A DNA stretch of 64,000 bases. Source: Amphiscolops sp. MND2022. Lineage: Eukaryota. The position numbers were made by a program, and so were the translations under genes. The stretch covers positions 13,454,001 through 13,518,000 of the forward strand of contig OZ076415.1 in NCBI GenBank assembly GCA_964187785.1, in the 5' to 3' direction. This document shows, in pieces, positions 22,990-34,312 of this stretch. Numbering within the stretch: the first letter of the stretch is position 1; every line of letters starts with the position of its first letter. The notes under the pieces are model-generated. The model was not told where the DNA came from. It worked only from the letters and a program-made list of their open reading frames with translations, and searched no databases.

Positions 22990-25900
22990 CTAAGCAGAAA
23001 GAGTTATAGAGATTAGCGTGATTATTAGAGGAACTAGAAGGTTGCCTACTGAGAAACGTAGTTGTATTTTTTCATATTTATTTCAAATTTAGGTTCAGGA
23101 AAGGACTGGTAATGGAAGAATGAAGTGGGTTGTTGAGTAAGATTGAGAATGGGTTTGTAGTTAAAATCAGAGTGTATGTTAAGATTTGGGTGTGATCGGC
23201 TTCGATAACGATCAGTACGTGGTTTAGAAGGTGATTGATGTAGCAATATATACCGTCTGAAGCAGGAGTTTTCATAACTGGATAAGCGTTCACGAGAACG
23301 GGGCTAACTTCGATATGGACTGCGAGACAACTTACAGTCATAGTACAGGCCTGAAGTGTAAAATCTTCGTGAAGGAGTTTTTTTTATAATTTCGATCAGA
23401 ACGAGATTGATTACGATCAGATGTTGAACAATGATTATGAGGTAAAGGTCTGTCAAAATATCTTGGGCGAGAGTTAGAGCGAGAATACGAACGAGAGGTA
23501 AATCGAAATTCTCGATAAGACTTCTATATAAATTACTATTACTTCGACTACGATAACGAAGAGTATAGTTGCTAGAGATTTTATTTGGAGATTTTTAATG
23601 TTGATAAAAGGAAAGAGTAGGTGATTTTGCTTGAAGTTTAGATTTCTTAGGCATGTTGAGTTTACGATAACAGATAGATACAGAGTGATTCCGTTTGTGA
23701 CAAAAGGAACAATAATTTTTCAAGTTTTCAGAATCAGATCAGTTTTCTTGATTGGAAGAATTTTGTTGAATAGTATCTGAAAGAGGAATAAACTCAAGTG
23801 AAAATTCTCGTGTTTTAATGTTTTCAAGGTAAAATCTTCAGAGTGAAACATATTTACAAGAGACTGAAAAGGGATTGATGGTTCAAGAGAGCTGGAGATC
23901 TGTTTAACGGGGCGTTTATTAGCAAAATCTTTCAATTTTTGAGAGACCTCTAGTGGAGATTTCATTGCATTTGAGGTTGTTGGTAGATGGATTTTCAATA
24001 TACCTTCCTTGTTTAACAAGGGTCTCAAATTTTGGAGCATAATGACGTACAACTTCGTTGTCCTTCTTGAAAAAGGAAAATGCTTGAAGTTGAGCGTGAT
24101 AGGCACGTTTTTGAGAATAAAATTGTGTTTTGAAAATTTGTAAGAAAGAGGATCAATCATTTTTAAACACTTGAGGTAAACTATCATACCATTTAGAGAC
24201 CGTTTCTTAGAAAGAACAATGAAAAAAGGGCATACGTCAGGGGTGCCCTGTTAAATGTGATTGAAAATCAAGGGGTTCAGACCCAAGATCAAATGTTATG
24301 AGGGCACTGAGGTGAGCCAAAACTTTTCAAGAAAATACGTGTGGTCCAAGCTATCAAAAAAGTTTAATATGATCACAAAGAGCAGCAAAAGGAACAGAGG
24401 GAGTCCTTTGAAAAACAGGTGGAGGGTGTTGAGAAGAAGATGGATTAGAAAGGTGCGTAGAATGATAAAGGGACAGAAGAGGAGGAAAAGAAGGTTGCGG
24501 ATACTTATGAAAACCTGGATGGAGTGATGCATAAGGCTCATAAGAGGCAGTAGTCGGATTGGAAATTGGTGGAGGAAAACTTAAAGGAAGATTGTGAGAG
24601 GGTGAGTAAGAGGTTTGATGGTGAGGAGTTGGAGAGGAAAAAGTTTGAGTACATGGAGGTATAGTAGAATGAGGTTGCGGTTGAGTAGTAATGGTAGGGC
24701 GGAGAGAAAGCGGAATTGATTGGCGAGGAGAAAAAAGTGTGAAGAGGAGGTACCTTGGGCCGTGATAGGATTTACAGAAGGAGGAGTAGGGGAAACAGGA
24801 GGGTTATTGTATTGTTGTTGTGAATGAGAAGTAGATGATTGAGCGGTTATAGGTTAAATAAAAGTGGTGGTGATGGTGGTGGTGGATCTAATTTTGTCAG
24901 TTAATTACCAAGTATGCAAGTTTGGACAAAAAAAAGATGATAAAGGAAATGTTTGTAACGAATCATAAGTGGTGTTGTCAAAAGACGTAGTTTGAGGGGT
25001 ATCTTTTGCATATGGGTGAAAAGAAGTGGGAAGTTCAAGGTTTTTACAAGGCTATTATTGTCAAAAATAGGCTTTTGAATAGAGTAAAAGAAAAATCAAG
25101 AAGGTTGTAGAAGTGGAGTGATGATTTTGAGAAATGGCATGAGATCAAGAAATTAGTTTCTCATTGAAGAAGTGCTTGTATAGCGGAGGTTGTAAAAGCA
25201 GGTTGTGGCAAGAGGCTGTTTTTGTCAGAAAGAGTGTTGAGGAAGGTAGTAAGATCTTAAGTAATACCTATATAGATTTTTGTCAGGTAGATGACTTTTC
25301 GAAAAGAATCAGAAGAGTTAAGAAGACAGTTTAGAGGAATTGAAGCAGGAGGTTGTTTTGAAGTACGAGAGCCTATGTAATAAAGATATGTGATGTTCAC
25401 GGATAAAAGGTATAGTACAAATACCTTCAGGGTATGTTTCAAAAGGAAGAGGAATCGTAGAACTATAAATGAGAATATTTAAAAATTTGGTAATGGGTTG
25501 ATCAGTGTCTCGGGAAAGACGTTGATGAGTATCATTAAAAGCAATGGGAAAAGGAAGGAGAGGTGGGGGATTGTTAGACACTATGAATGGCGGTTAGGAA
25601 AAAAACACTAATCAGATTTGGTCTAAAATGATGTCAGGATGAATAGATGGTAAAATAGGTGGAGGGTAAAGTCAATGATGGATTTTATAGCATATGTATT
25701 GAAAATGAAAAAAAGATTGAAATATGTTAAAGAGTGGAAAAGGAGAATAGTTAAATTAAAAAACGGGAGAGTGCTAGTTTTGGATTAGCGTTCAAAAGAA
25801 AAAGATGCATAAAATTTGAAGAGGGTTAAAATGGAGAAAGGAAGGAATTTCAAAAGAGGAGTTTTAGTGAAAGTGAGATTGGAGTTTAATATTAAGAGGG

Positions 25901-26000
25901 GAAAGAATTAGTAATTGAGAGGATCGTTGAATGGAAAGGAATTGTTGGAAGGAATGAGAAGGTATGTTAATGAAAAATGGAAGCAACTACTTTTTTCAAT
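22990..26000 (-). pseudogene. gag: gag remnant of element B with CCHC zinc knuckle
   Basis: CSFCHKRNHSVSIC (CX2CX4HX4C) at 23670-23711; KLKDFANKRPVKQISSSLEPSIPFQSLVN; Pro-rich linker; N-terminal domain at 25318-25581. Confidence 0.85.
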
Positions 26001-26231
26001 GAGAAGCATCAAAAAACAAGCATTGCAAAAACGTAAGAGATGAAATTGATAGTAGCAAAATTTTAGGGTAAGAACATTTTAGGCGTTAAGGAAATTATCG
26101 GCGGATGAAATCAATCATTAATTGGTAGACGACTAGAAGAGCGATTGCAAAAAATCCAAAAACATACAACAAAAACACAAGCATAAAAACAGAATCATTT
26201 AAAGAAAGAATGTAAAAAACGGTGAAATTAT

Positions 26232-26526
26232 GTGTACCAACAGGATTGTGGAACCAAAATGGATTTGATTAGTACAGAACGGATTTTAAGTTTGTACCGA
26301 ATACGAGGTCGATCCACTTTTGAAGGTGGTTAGTACAGAAGAAGGGTTATACCAGCAGAAATACTGGATCAAATGTGGTGATTAGTCCAAAAGAATAATT
26401 CCCGACTGAATGTCGAATCACTTTTCGTTTGTGATTAGTAGAGAATGATTTGTGCCGAATTTCAATGAAAATGGTCTGTACCGACAGAACGTCGATTCAT
26501 TTTTGATTTTGTGACTAGTACAGAAA
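26232..26526 (-). repeat. Leader array of ~55-bp hairpin/UACUAAY units, element B
   Basis: Same three-motif unit and same unit order as 7194-7477. Confidence 0.85.
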
Positions 26527-26555
26527 GAAGGATTGAAAGGATGATGGAAAGAAAT

Positions 26556-26571
26556 GAACATGGTCCCACCA
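26556..26571 (-). promoter_or_regulatory. Primer-binding site of element B (TGGTGGGACCATGTTC)
   Basis: TGG start 2 nt after the LTR end. Similar to the PBS of A and C. Confidence 0.8.
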
Positions 26572-26573
26572 GT

Positions 26574-26878
26574 TAAAGTACATGTATATTGTTGGAAATG
26601 TTATGTTATTTCTGAATAGGGAAGTTCAGTAATTCAAGGAGACGCTAAACAGAGCTGCAGTATTATGTCTAGATATAAATGACACCTTGCTGATAGAACG
26701 GATATTTCAGTTGTGTTTTGGATATAAATCAAAAGTGCTTCACATTTATAGATTATGTGATGAATACTAATGAGCATATTAATCTTCAAAGTGCCTACAT
26801 GCAAGTCTAGATGTTTAGACAATTCAGACAATAGGTGGGGGATGATTCAAAAGGTATTTCATCATAGGTATATCAACA
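26574..26878 (-). repeat. 5' LTR of element B
   Basis: Starts TGTTGATATACC on the minus strand, adjoins the PBS, homologous to 9179-9492. Confidence 0.88.
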
Positions 26879-27479
26879 CAAAAATTTTTCCGCGACTCTT
26901 TTATTAGTAATCAAGATTGAGGTTACAACACCAATAATTCAAAAATTTTTGAAAAAAAATGCTAGAAGTTGATAAACAAGAGGAGTACATCTAAATACCC
27001 ATGCGCTCTAAGGCTCATGTCGTCTAATGCTCAAAAAGTGCAAATTCTCGTCGAAATGCTCAGGGCGGGTTTTGTTGACTTTCAGCGCGGTGTGAAAATA
27101 TTCCAAAGGGCAACATGTGGCCAACGGACAAAAATAGCAAACTTGTTGAAAGACAGTTTCTGCGAAAGTCGCATAGTGTCGCTCTGATACTCCGAGGGTT
27201 GGCGATACTGTGTATTTTAACCACTAGCAGCGACAGCTAACTCTGTTGGTCGCATACATTCTGTGGTGGTACCACTGAAGAAAACTGTATTAGCCGAACA
27301 TATTTTCTTACGAAATACGCCAACTAAAAACTATCCCGTGTGACGCTACAAAACACTTGGGAAACCGAAAAGAAATAGGCCATGTTGTTGATGAATTTCG
27401 TTTGTGAGTTCCCGGGATTCCCTCCCATACAAAAACAGGTCAATCATACTCTGCCATCATACTCACAGTATGATTCCAG

Positions 27480-27716
27480 GCTGATCATACTTTGGACCAT
27501 AAAGGTTTATGGTTCCAGGCTTACCATACTCTGGACATATATTATCCAGTCTATGATACGCCATGTTCCATAAAAAAGCAAATTTATGGTTCCAGTCTGA
27601 CCATAGTCAGTGCCATATATGGTTCAGTCAATGATTAACCTGAACCATAAACATTTATGGCCCAGAGTATGGTAAGCCTGGAACCATAAACCTTTATGGT
27701 CCAGAGTATGATCAGC
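27480..27716. mobile_element. Foldback/MITE-like element with 56-bp inverted arms
   Basis: 27480-27535 is the reverse complement of 27661-27716 with 1 mismatch. Built from catactctgg/accataaa sub-repeats. No TSD seen. Confidence 0.7.
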
Positions 27717-28154
27717 TACGCTATTTATTCACTCTTGTGGATGAAGAAAGAAGGACGTTTTCTCACAATTCCGCGGAGTGGACGTCGAATAAGCACTTCT
27801 GCCATTTCGGATAGCAAGAAGCTATTCTACCAAATTTGGACCCAAGTGGTCTAGCAACGGTCGTCTTGAAGCTGTGACTTGCTGTTAGAAAGGTCTAATT
27901 TTCTCTTCTCCGCAATATGTGTTATTTTTCTCACGACCATTTCACGAAGCTAGGGATGTAGGATTTTTTTGAAGGAAGAATACGTAAATGTTCACACTGT
28001 AAAATCAAGGTATCGAACGGACGATTGAACAGTATTCGACCACACGAGAAACTATTTATCAAAAGTACTGCCCCCTCAATTTAATTACAACTGATTCTAT
28101 AAATTTGCAAATTGAATGATTATAAAACATCTTAGCAGACATAGTTTTCCATAC

Positions 28155-28218
28155 CTTCTATATGCACCTCCGATGCCAGTTGCGGGGCCAGTAGTTGAAG
28201 ACACGCGTTTGCCACCAT
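28155..28218 (-). CDS. Candidate host-gene exon (second in window)
   Basis: Acceptor gcttttttgtag|, donor AAG|gtatgg, 64 bp, about 55% GC, encodes (D)GGKRVSSTTGPATGIGGAYR(S). Phases link both neighbouring candidate exons. Confidence 0.55.
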
Positions 28219-29164
28219 CTACAAAAAAGCTTTCTTCAGATGATCTTCAATAATGATCACTTCATCCTAACCCTAAATGGACTATTGGGGCAATTTGATA
28301 CCAGTTAGCACCTGCAAACTTCTGAGGATACTAGCTGAACGTGTGGAAAACAAAACTCTGGACTAAAATTTATACACGATATCGCACAACATTGCATGCA
28401 CTTTCACGAACTTTTGACTTGATGTCTCTGAAACCAAGAAATCGAGTCCAAAAAAATGGATTTTTTTCCAGTTTCCGTTTGTAGCCACTTTATCACACTA
28501 GTATCTCGGTCCTTGCATGTTTTGAAACATACTGGATTGCAATCAGAGACACCTGCCGCAAAACACATAACACTGCAGTCCAGAAATCACTTTGAAAGCC
28601 CTGATTGTCTTTGTTGGTTTATTGCACTTGAATAGTTGAGAAGTTTTTGCTTTTCAACGTTTGAGCACCAGATTTTTGGATGACTACGGAAACTTTCCCG
28701 TTCATTCAAGCCTAAGATTTTTTTCAAGATTTTGGAAAATTTTCGAAAACAAGTATTTCAGCCAAAACAAGCTACTAAGCTAAAAAAATCAAAAGTGTTC
28801 TCAAAAGTGGATTTGACAAGCTCTAGACGATCCAAACATTATGTCTACACTAGTATCGTCCGTTTTTCGAGAAAAACATTAAAAAAACAAGAAACTAAAA
28901 GTGCAGTAACTCTAATTGTGCTCTAAAAACTTCCGTTTACCGAAGTCCCGGAAAAATATCCGTTTTCGCAAATAAAACTAACTTGGCCGGACGAACCAAT
29001 TCGCATTCTGTGGAGAACCTTGTTCTCCGGGTCCAGCGGGCTTCGGTGACAGAGGGTCAATTGCTGTTAAACATTTCATTGAAATACAACAGGCTTCAAG
29101 TGCTTCAAATCAACGATCTTTAGGTGGGCTACCTCTTCAATATCTAAATACTCTACCCGAATTT

Positions 29165-29410
29165 CTGGACCAGGTTGATCACACTCTGATCGTATATGGT
29201 ATCTATATATCATCTAAAAATTTTCTATGATCTTACCATGATCAATCTGGAATCATATATGATTCTGAGTATGGTCAACCTGGAACCATAAACGTCTACA
29301 GATAAGTCTGAAACCATGAATGGTCCAATCCGATATCATAAATGGTCAGAGTAGGGACATTCTGGAACCATAAATCTAATTGGTCCAAAATATGGTCAAC
29401 CTGAAACATA
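29165..29410. repeat. Decayed copy of the foldback/MITE motif family
   Basis: Contains aggttgatcacactctg and the inverted gagtatggtcaacctggaaccataaa motifs, as at 27480-27716. Confidence 0.55.
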
Positions 29411-29503
29411 AATAGAAAAATAGGATAACGTAGTCCGATAACACAAACACTGATAAAATTACTTATAATACTCAACCAAGATGCCAATACAATCACTAAA
29501 TTT

Positions 29504-32500
29504 AAAACAAAAGTGGGCCTTCTAACACTTTGAGGTTTGCAAACATATGTTTAGTCCTGAGGAGGCATCGAACCGACGATTATATGCTTGGTAAGTGTGC
29601 ATGGCTACTGGCTTTCAATCTATGGAATGAAAAAATAACTGTTCAAAAGTGGAACATTCTGTCGTTTCAAAAATTAGAAAAACAAAAACTGATTGAGGTC
29701 TGAGTTTCCAAATGATTAGTTATGTAAATTATGCAGTTCAGACTTTGTCGCCAGCGTTTTGAAAGTAATAATGGAAACGTTTTCAAGATGTCAAGATTCA
29801 AGTTAATGTTCCCTTCCAAAAGGAACGATTGTAACATCTAATGATTAAATTTCTAATACCCCATCAGGAGGATTAAATGAGTTGTAAAAGTTTTATTTAC
29901 TCATACCTCAGGTTTTTTTGGAAAATACCAACTAGTTGAAAACCAATGGAGAACTTCAATTTTGCTGAAACAAAACTGGGAGAGGTGGAATTGTTGTTGC
30001 TGGCTAGCCTTAACAAAAGTGTTTAATACTTGACTTGACTTTCGCAATGAGGAATCGTTTTTGTTGGGTTTAAAAATGGTTTTTGGTTTAACGAGTCAAC
30101 AAAGATGCATGTTCTTCATTTTTAAAAAGACCTTCAAGAATCAGAGTGTGAGAAGACGTTGTATCTGAAACAAGACGATATAAACTGAGAAATCAAAAAC
30201 ACACCATTGACTTATGTTTTAGTCGCTTCTAGTTGTCAGCGGGTATTATTTTGCGAGTTCCGAAGATGTCAAACCACAGAGGTCAAACATTTAAGAAATT
30301 GTTGCAGTGAAAAGTGCATTGTTTTCAAGGACGGAACGTGTACTTACCACAAGTAATGAGAGGGCCTTAACCGAAAGTGACTGTGTTTAAAGTTTTTCTT
30401 TCAAAAAATGAGTTTTAACCATAATGGTTCTTTTATTGATTGACACCCTAAAAAACGATATCGAAACAATATTTGTTCTGAATATGCAACCTGAAACGAG
30501 ATTCTCAATGTGCTGCTCACTGCTAAATGTTTCATTTTTATTATCAAAAGTTCATCTAATAGAATGAAAGGTATTCAAAAAATTACAGTAAAACAAACAA
30601 ACAATAAGTTTTTCCATTAGATACAACCCTAATTTTCGCAAAAATTTAGATGATTGGAAAAAAATTTTTGTAACCCTATGACACAATAAAAAGCTTGAAA
30701 ACTTATAACCTGCAGAATCGTTCAACCGATAAACAACTTGGTGAACTTTGAATTAAATCCACAATACAAGAGACCGTAAGTTTATTTTTAAACCTTAAAA
30801 TAGTAACTAGAACCGATTTCGAAAGATTAGAAAAAATGCGTATTTAAACTTTAACTTTTGAAGTGAATAAGTTAGCAAACTGTATTGGATCAACACTGTG
30901 TTGGATTAACCGGAGTCTTTTCAAAAAAATTTCTACTCAAGTCTTTATGAATTTACTGATTTGAATCTTTTAAAATTAACGGGATGAATTAGTCGACCTC
31001 CAAAGCAGCTATTTTTGTCGTTAAAGCAGAAACGTTATATTAACTGTGCTATTCATTCTTTTTGTTGTTTTTGCTTGGTCTATTTATTCGATTTCTAAAT
31101 TTTAGCTGCAAACTTGAAGTATCAATCTCATCTTTCAGTTGAGGGGAAAATTTCCAAAAAATTAATATGATAAATAGTACAAAAAAACTAATCCTTCACA
31201 ATTGATACCAACTGTAAAATTTCCAGAAAAGTGGATCATAGAAAGTCAGGTTCAAAAGTTTTACGGTATACATCTTACAAAATCACACTAAAGAGCTAAC
31301 ACCGCTTTAACCGGTTGCATCACCTCGTTTAACCGAACTAGAAAATGCTGACTTTGGACTGACGCAAGAATACTAGTTAATGCTGGCTGAAAACATGTGA
31401 AAAACCTACGATATAAAAGATGAAAAATCTTTCCAATACTTCTTTCTGACAACTTTTGAAATCAAAAGTGACAGCTAACTAGTTTTTGAAAACAATATGT
31501 TGTTAATGTTATACCTTTTGAACCAAATACTTCAATCGATGATGGTGGTTAACCAATTGAAAAAGATTATCTTGAAATTATGTTCAACCCAATAAAAAAT
31601 GAACGAAGTGATTTGAATGTTTTGTGAATAACACAGCAAATAACTCCATGTACAAAGCAGCAACATCTTTCTTTTGTTAAAGAAGGACATAGAACAACAT
31701 TTCGACAACAACATACAATTTTGTGGGGGTTTGAATATCATTCTATTAGATTCGAATTATGGAACAAAACGTTTGTTTTTGGTTTCAATTCTTCGAACTT
31801 TACAGAGAACAAGATATAGCATGGAAGCTTGAATTATACTGAATGAATACCAAAAATTATAACTAACTTCTACTGAGTTGTTGGACTTCTAACTCAACTA
31901 CTTCAATTTCTTCGTGTTTTCCCAAAGAACAACACTGCAAAGCGAAAAAACAGAACTTCCTAAGAACTTTAACAAAAACAGTATATCAAACCTTGCTTGT
32001 TTTTGATCATTTGATCAAACAAGTAAAGCCGAAGAACTAAGTGATCTTTGCCGAATTATGGTAAAAACTGCTGAGTTTGTTAGAACGAAATTACCAAGTA
32101 TTCCGGAAGGGCATCAAAGCAGTTCACTATTTTTGGCAGAGCGCCGATACTAAAATCGCTACATGACAGCTGCAATCGCATAAGATTTTGAAAAATTTGT
32201 CAATGAAAAATGTCAGTAGCGGGAAAAGTTATGGAAATTTAATTTTGTTGCTTGCCTGTACATCGCTTTATTATCAACTTTTTGATTATATCAGACAACC
32301 TGTACTTGTGATGTCTGTAACTTCAAAAAACATATAGTTGCATGAAAGTGAAAAACGGAAAAACAGAAAAGCTTGGAAATTACAACAAGTCAAAGCAGTG
32401 AACCGATGGAATTTTTTCAACTGGATGAAACTCCGGTACCTTATGAGTAACCAACACAACTGAGTCCCGTTTAACTCGAGAAGCAAGAGAGGATTTCTTT

Positions 32501-32837
32501 AGTTTCCAGTGTTATTAACAGAGTACTTCACAGAAATTTACTGACGAAAGTGATAAAAGCTCATGAAAGTTTTACCATCTCAACGAGTTTATTCAGTCCA
32601 ATATGATTGACTCTTCAATTTGTCAAAATAATTTTTGATCTTTCAAGTGATGATAGCAACTCTCAGTCATCTAGGAAAACAGGTTTCACATACTAAATAA
32701 CTCTCATTTCATCCCAAGCAAGCATAGAACCTTCAAATATGATCTTTTCAAACCGCTAACAAGAATTTGAAAACTCAGTCCTACATTTTTTATGAAATTT
32801 TACTGCATAAATTTTTTGGGTAGAGAACAGTAACTTT
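29504..32837 (+). repeat. Left arm of a 3.3-kb inverted repeat (decayed coding-like sequence)
   Basis: Reverse-complement homology to 34313-37714 along its whole length, roughly 80% by eye, with a perfect 112-bp block at 32650-32761 / 34393-34504. Confidence 0.9.
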
Positions 32838-34312
32838 CTCTTCACAGTTTGAAAACCCTTCCGAAAAGAATTCAGACAATACAAAAGTTTTGCGAATTTA
32901 CTTCAACGTTTTTCACTGGTGCAGATATCATCATTATTATCAGTCTTCATCGCAAAGCCTGAAGCGAATGTTGTATTCAAGGTCTGCTTGGAATAGTCAG
33001 TTGCGCCAAAAGTTGCTTTGACACTATTTGCACGGTTAAATGATGGTTGGAACGTCTGTGACAGCGTTTACGTGTTCTGGAATAGATACCACTGCGATTG
33101 TTGATGTGTTCAACTCCCCGCCCGTTCCGGGAAGGTTGCAGCAGTCTACAGAGCAATATTCTCTCCTCCCACATTACTCGCACAGCAAGGTTTTTCTGAC
33201 TAGACTTTTTAAATCAATTTGTCCATCAAAAACAGCCTGCAAGTTTTAGGGACAGTAAAAAACCTTTTGCTCATAAATTTGAACGAGTGTCGCAGCTTGA
33301 AAAGACAAAACCCGCAAAACTGGTAAAGAAAAGTCTTATGCGTATGGAAAGCTAGGTTTTTCAAACTGTTTTATTGTCCCTAATGTAACTGTAGTTATTA
33401 TCCTTTTCAGATTCTACGCCATCATTGTCGTCATACGATTTATCATCGATCAAGCCAAGACAAGAGCCATGTCAACAACTCTACGACCGCGATCTTGAGA
33501 GGCATCAAAGCATCGATGTTTTCCTCCTAAAAAACTTTTAAAGGAATCTCTGCGTAGGCTTCCTGTTGATGTACTTTATTTTTGTGGTGAGAATTGATTC
33601 AAACAGTTTCAATTTGAGGGAAGAAGTGCCCGAGAAATAAAAACAAAACAAAAACTGGATCTATGGAAAAAATATGAAAGCAAGGACAAGAGGAAAGCGG
33701 GGAACACTTCTCGAATACGAACAATTTTCAATTCTTTAGGCATAAATTGAAATATTCAATTTCGGTCCTGTTTAAATGCATGATGGTAATCAGAGGTTGA
33801 CAGATCTTTTTCTTTTACAGGATACCATGCACTCAAGCGAACAATCAGAAACAACAGAAACCCTTATTCTTCCAGGAATCCCTGGTAGACGTTGACACAA
33901 TTTTTGGAAAAAACGGGTTTCGTCTATGTTTATTCAAGATATAGTATTTTGAATAGGTATTCAACCTGCGATGAAAACAAATTTTCCCCAAATACTGAAC
34001 TAATCCAGACTAAATTGGATATATATTTGGTGTACGAAACATTTTTCATGTTTTAATAATGAACGCTTTCATTCATTTCAGTTGTGGGATATCGTATTCT
34101 CCTTTCATGTTACTCCTAAAAATTTTTAACGTTCGACAAGGTTCTTAGAGTCTGAAGGATGAAAATGTGGCTTTGATTCTTGAATGTTCCTTGAATCAAT
34201 TTCTTTCAAACTTTGGACGTATATTATTTTTACGACTCTCATGTTTTTGACTTCCTAGGTTCAATCTCTAGCCAGAGAAGTAGAGAAAAACCACCATTCT
34301 TTGTTCTGAAAC

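Larger units (their letters stand above)
10100..26878 (-). mobile_element. Degenerate env-bearing Ty3/gypsy LTR retrotransposon B
   Basis: LTR, PBS, gag with CCHC, PR LLLDSGAS, RT, RH, INT (TDRGTEY, GLVEVLNRNL), env-like ORF, extra ORF. The 3' end is replaced by the duplicated flank at ~10100. Confidence 0.93.

Noticed and set aside
9179-26878. One intact element bounded by a normal LTR pair
   Set aside because: The 9179 LTR is followed by duplicated external flank instead of a PPT, no TSD matches, and its divergence is mosaic.
10100-26878. BEL/Pao assignment for element B (same pol domain order, known class III env carriers)
   Set aside because: Single CCHC knuckle, LDAR.LN RT motif, gypsy-type RNaseH motifs and GPY/F remnant indicate Ty3/gypsy. 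A phylogeny is still needed.
28266-28277. Telomeric repeat (cctaaccctaa)
   Set aside because: Fewer than two full TTAGGG units; expected by chance.
28260-28311. Extra minus-strand exon (cag|GTGCTAACTGG...TTAGG|gttagg) before exon 28155-28218
   Set aside because: It would end in phase 2, which does not fit the phase-1 start needed to keep the long frame open.
33821-33884. Plus-strand exon (strong ttttacag| acceptor, DTMHSSEQ...)
   Set aside because: Weak donor, only a 35-nt upstream intron candidate, and no partner exons found.
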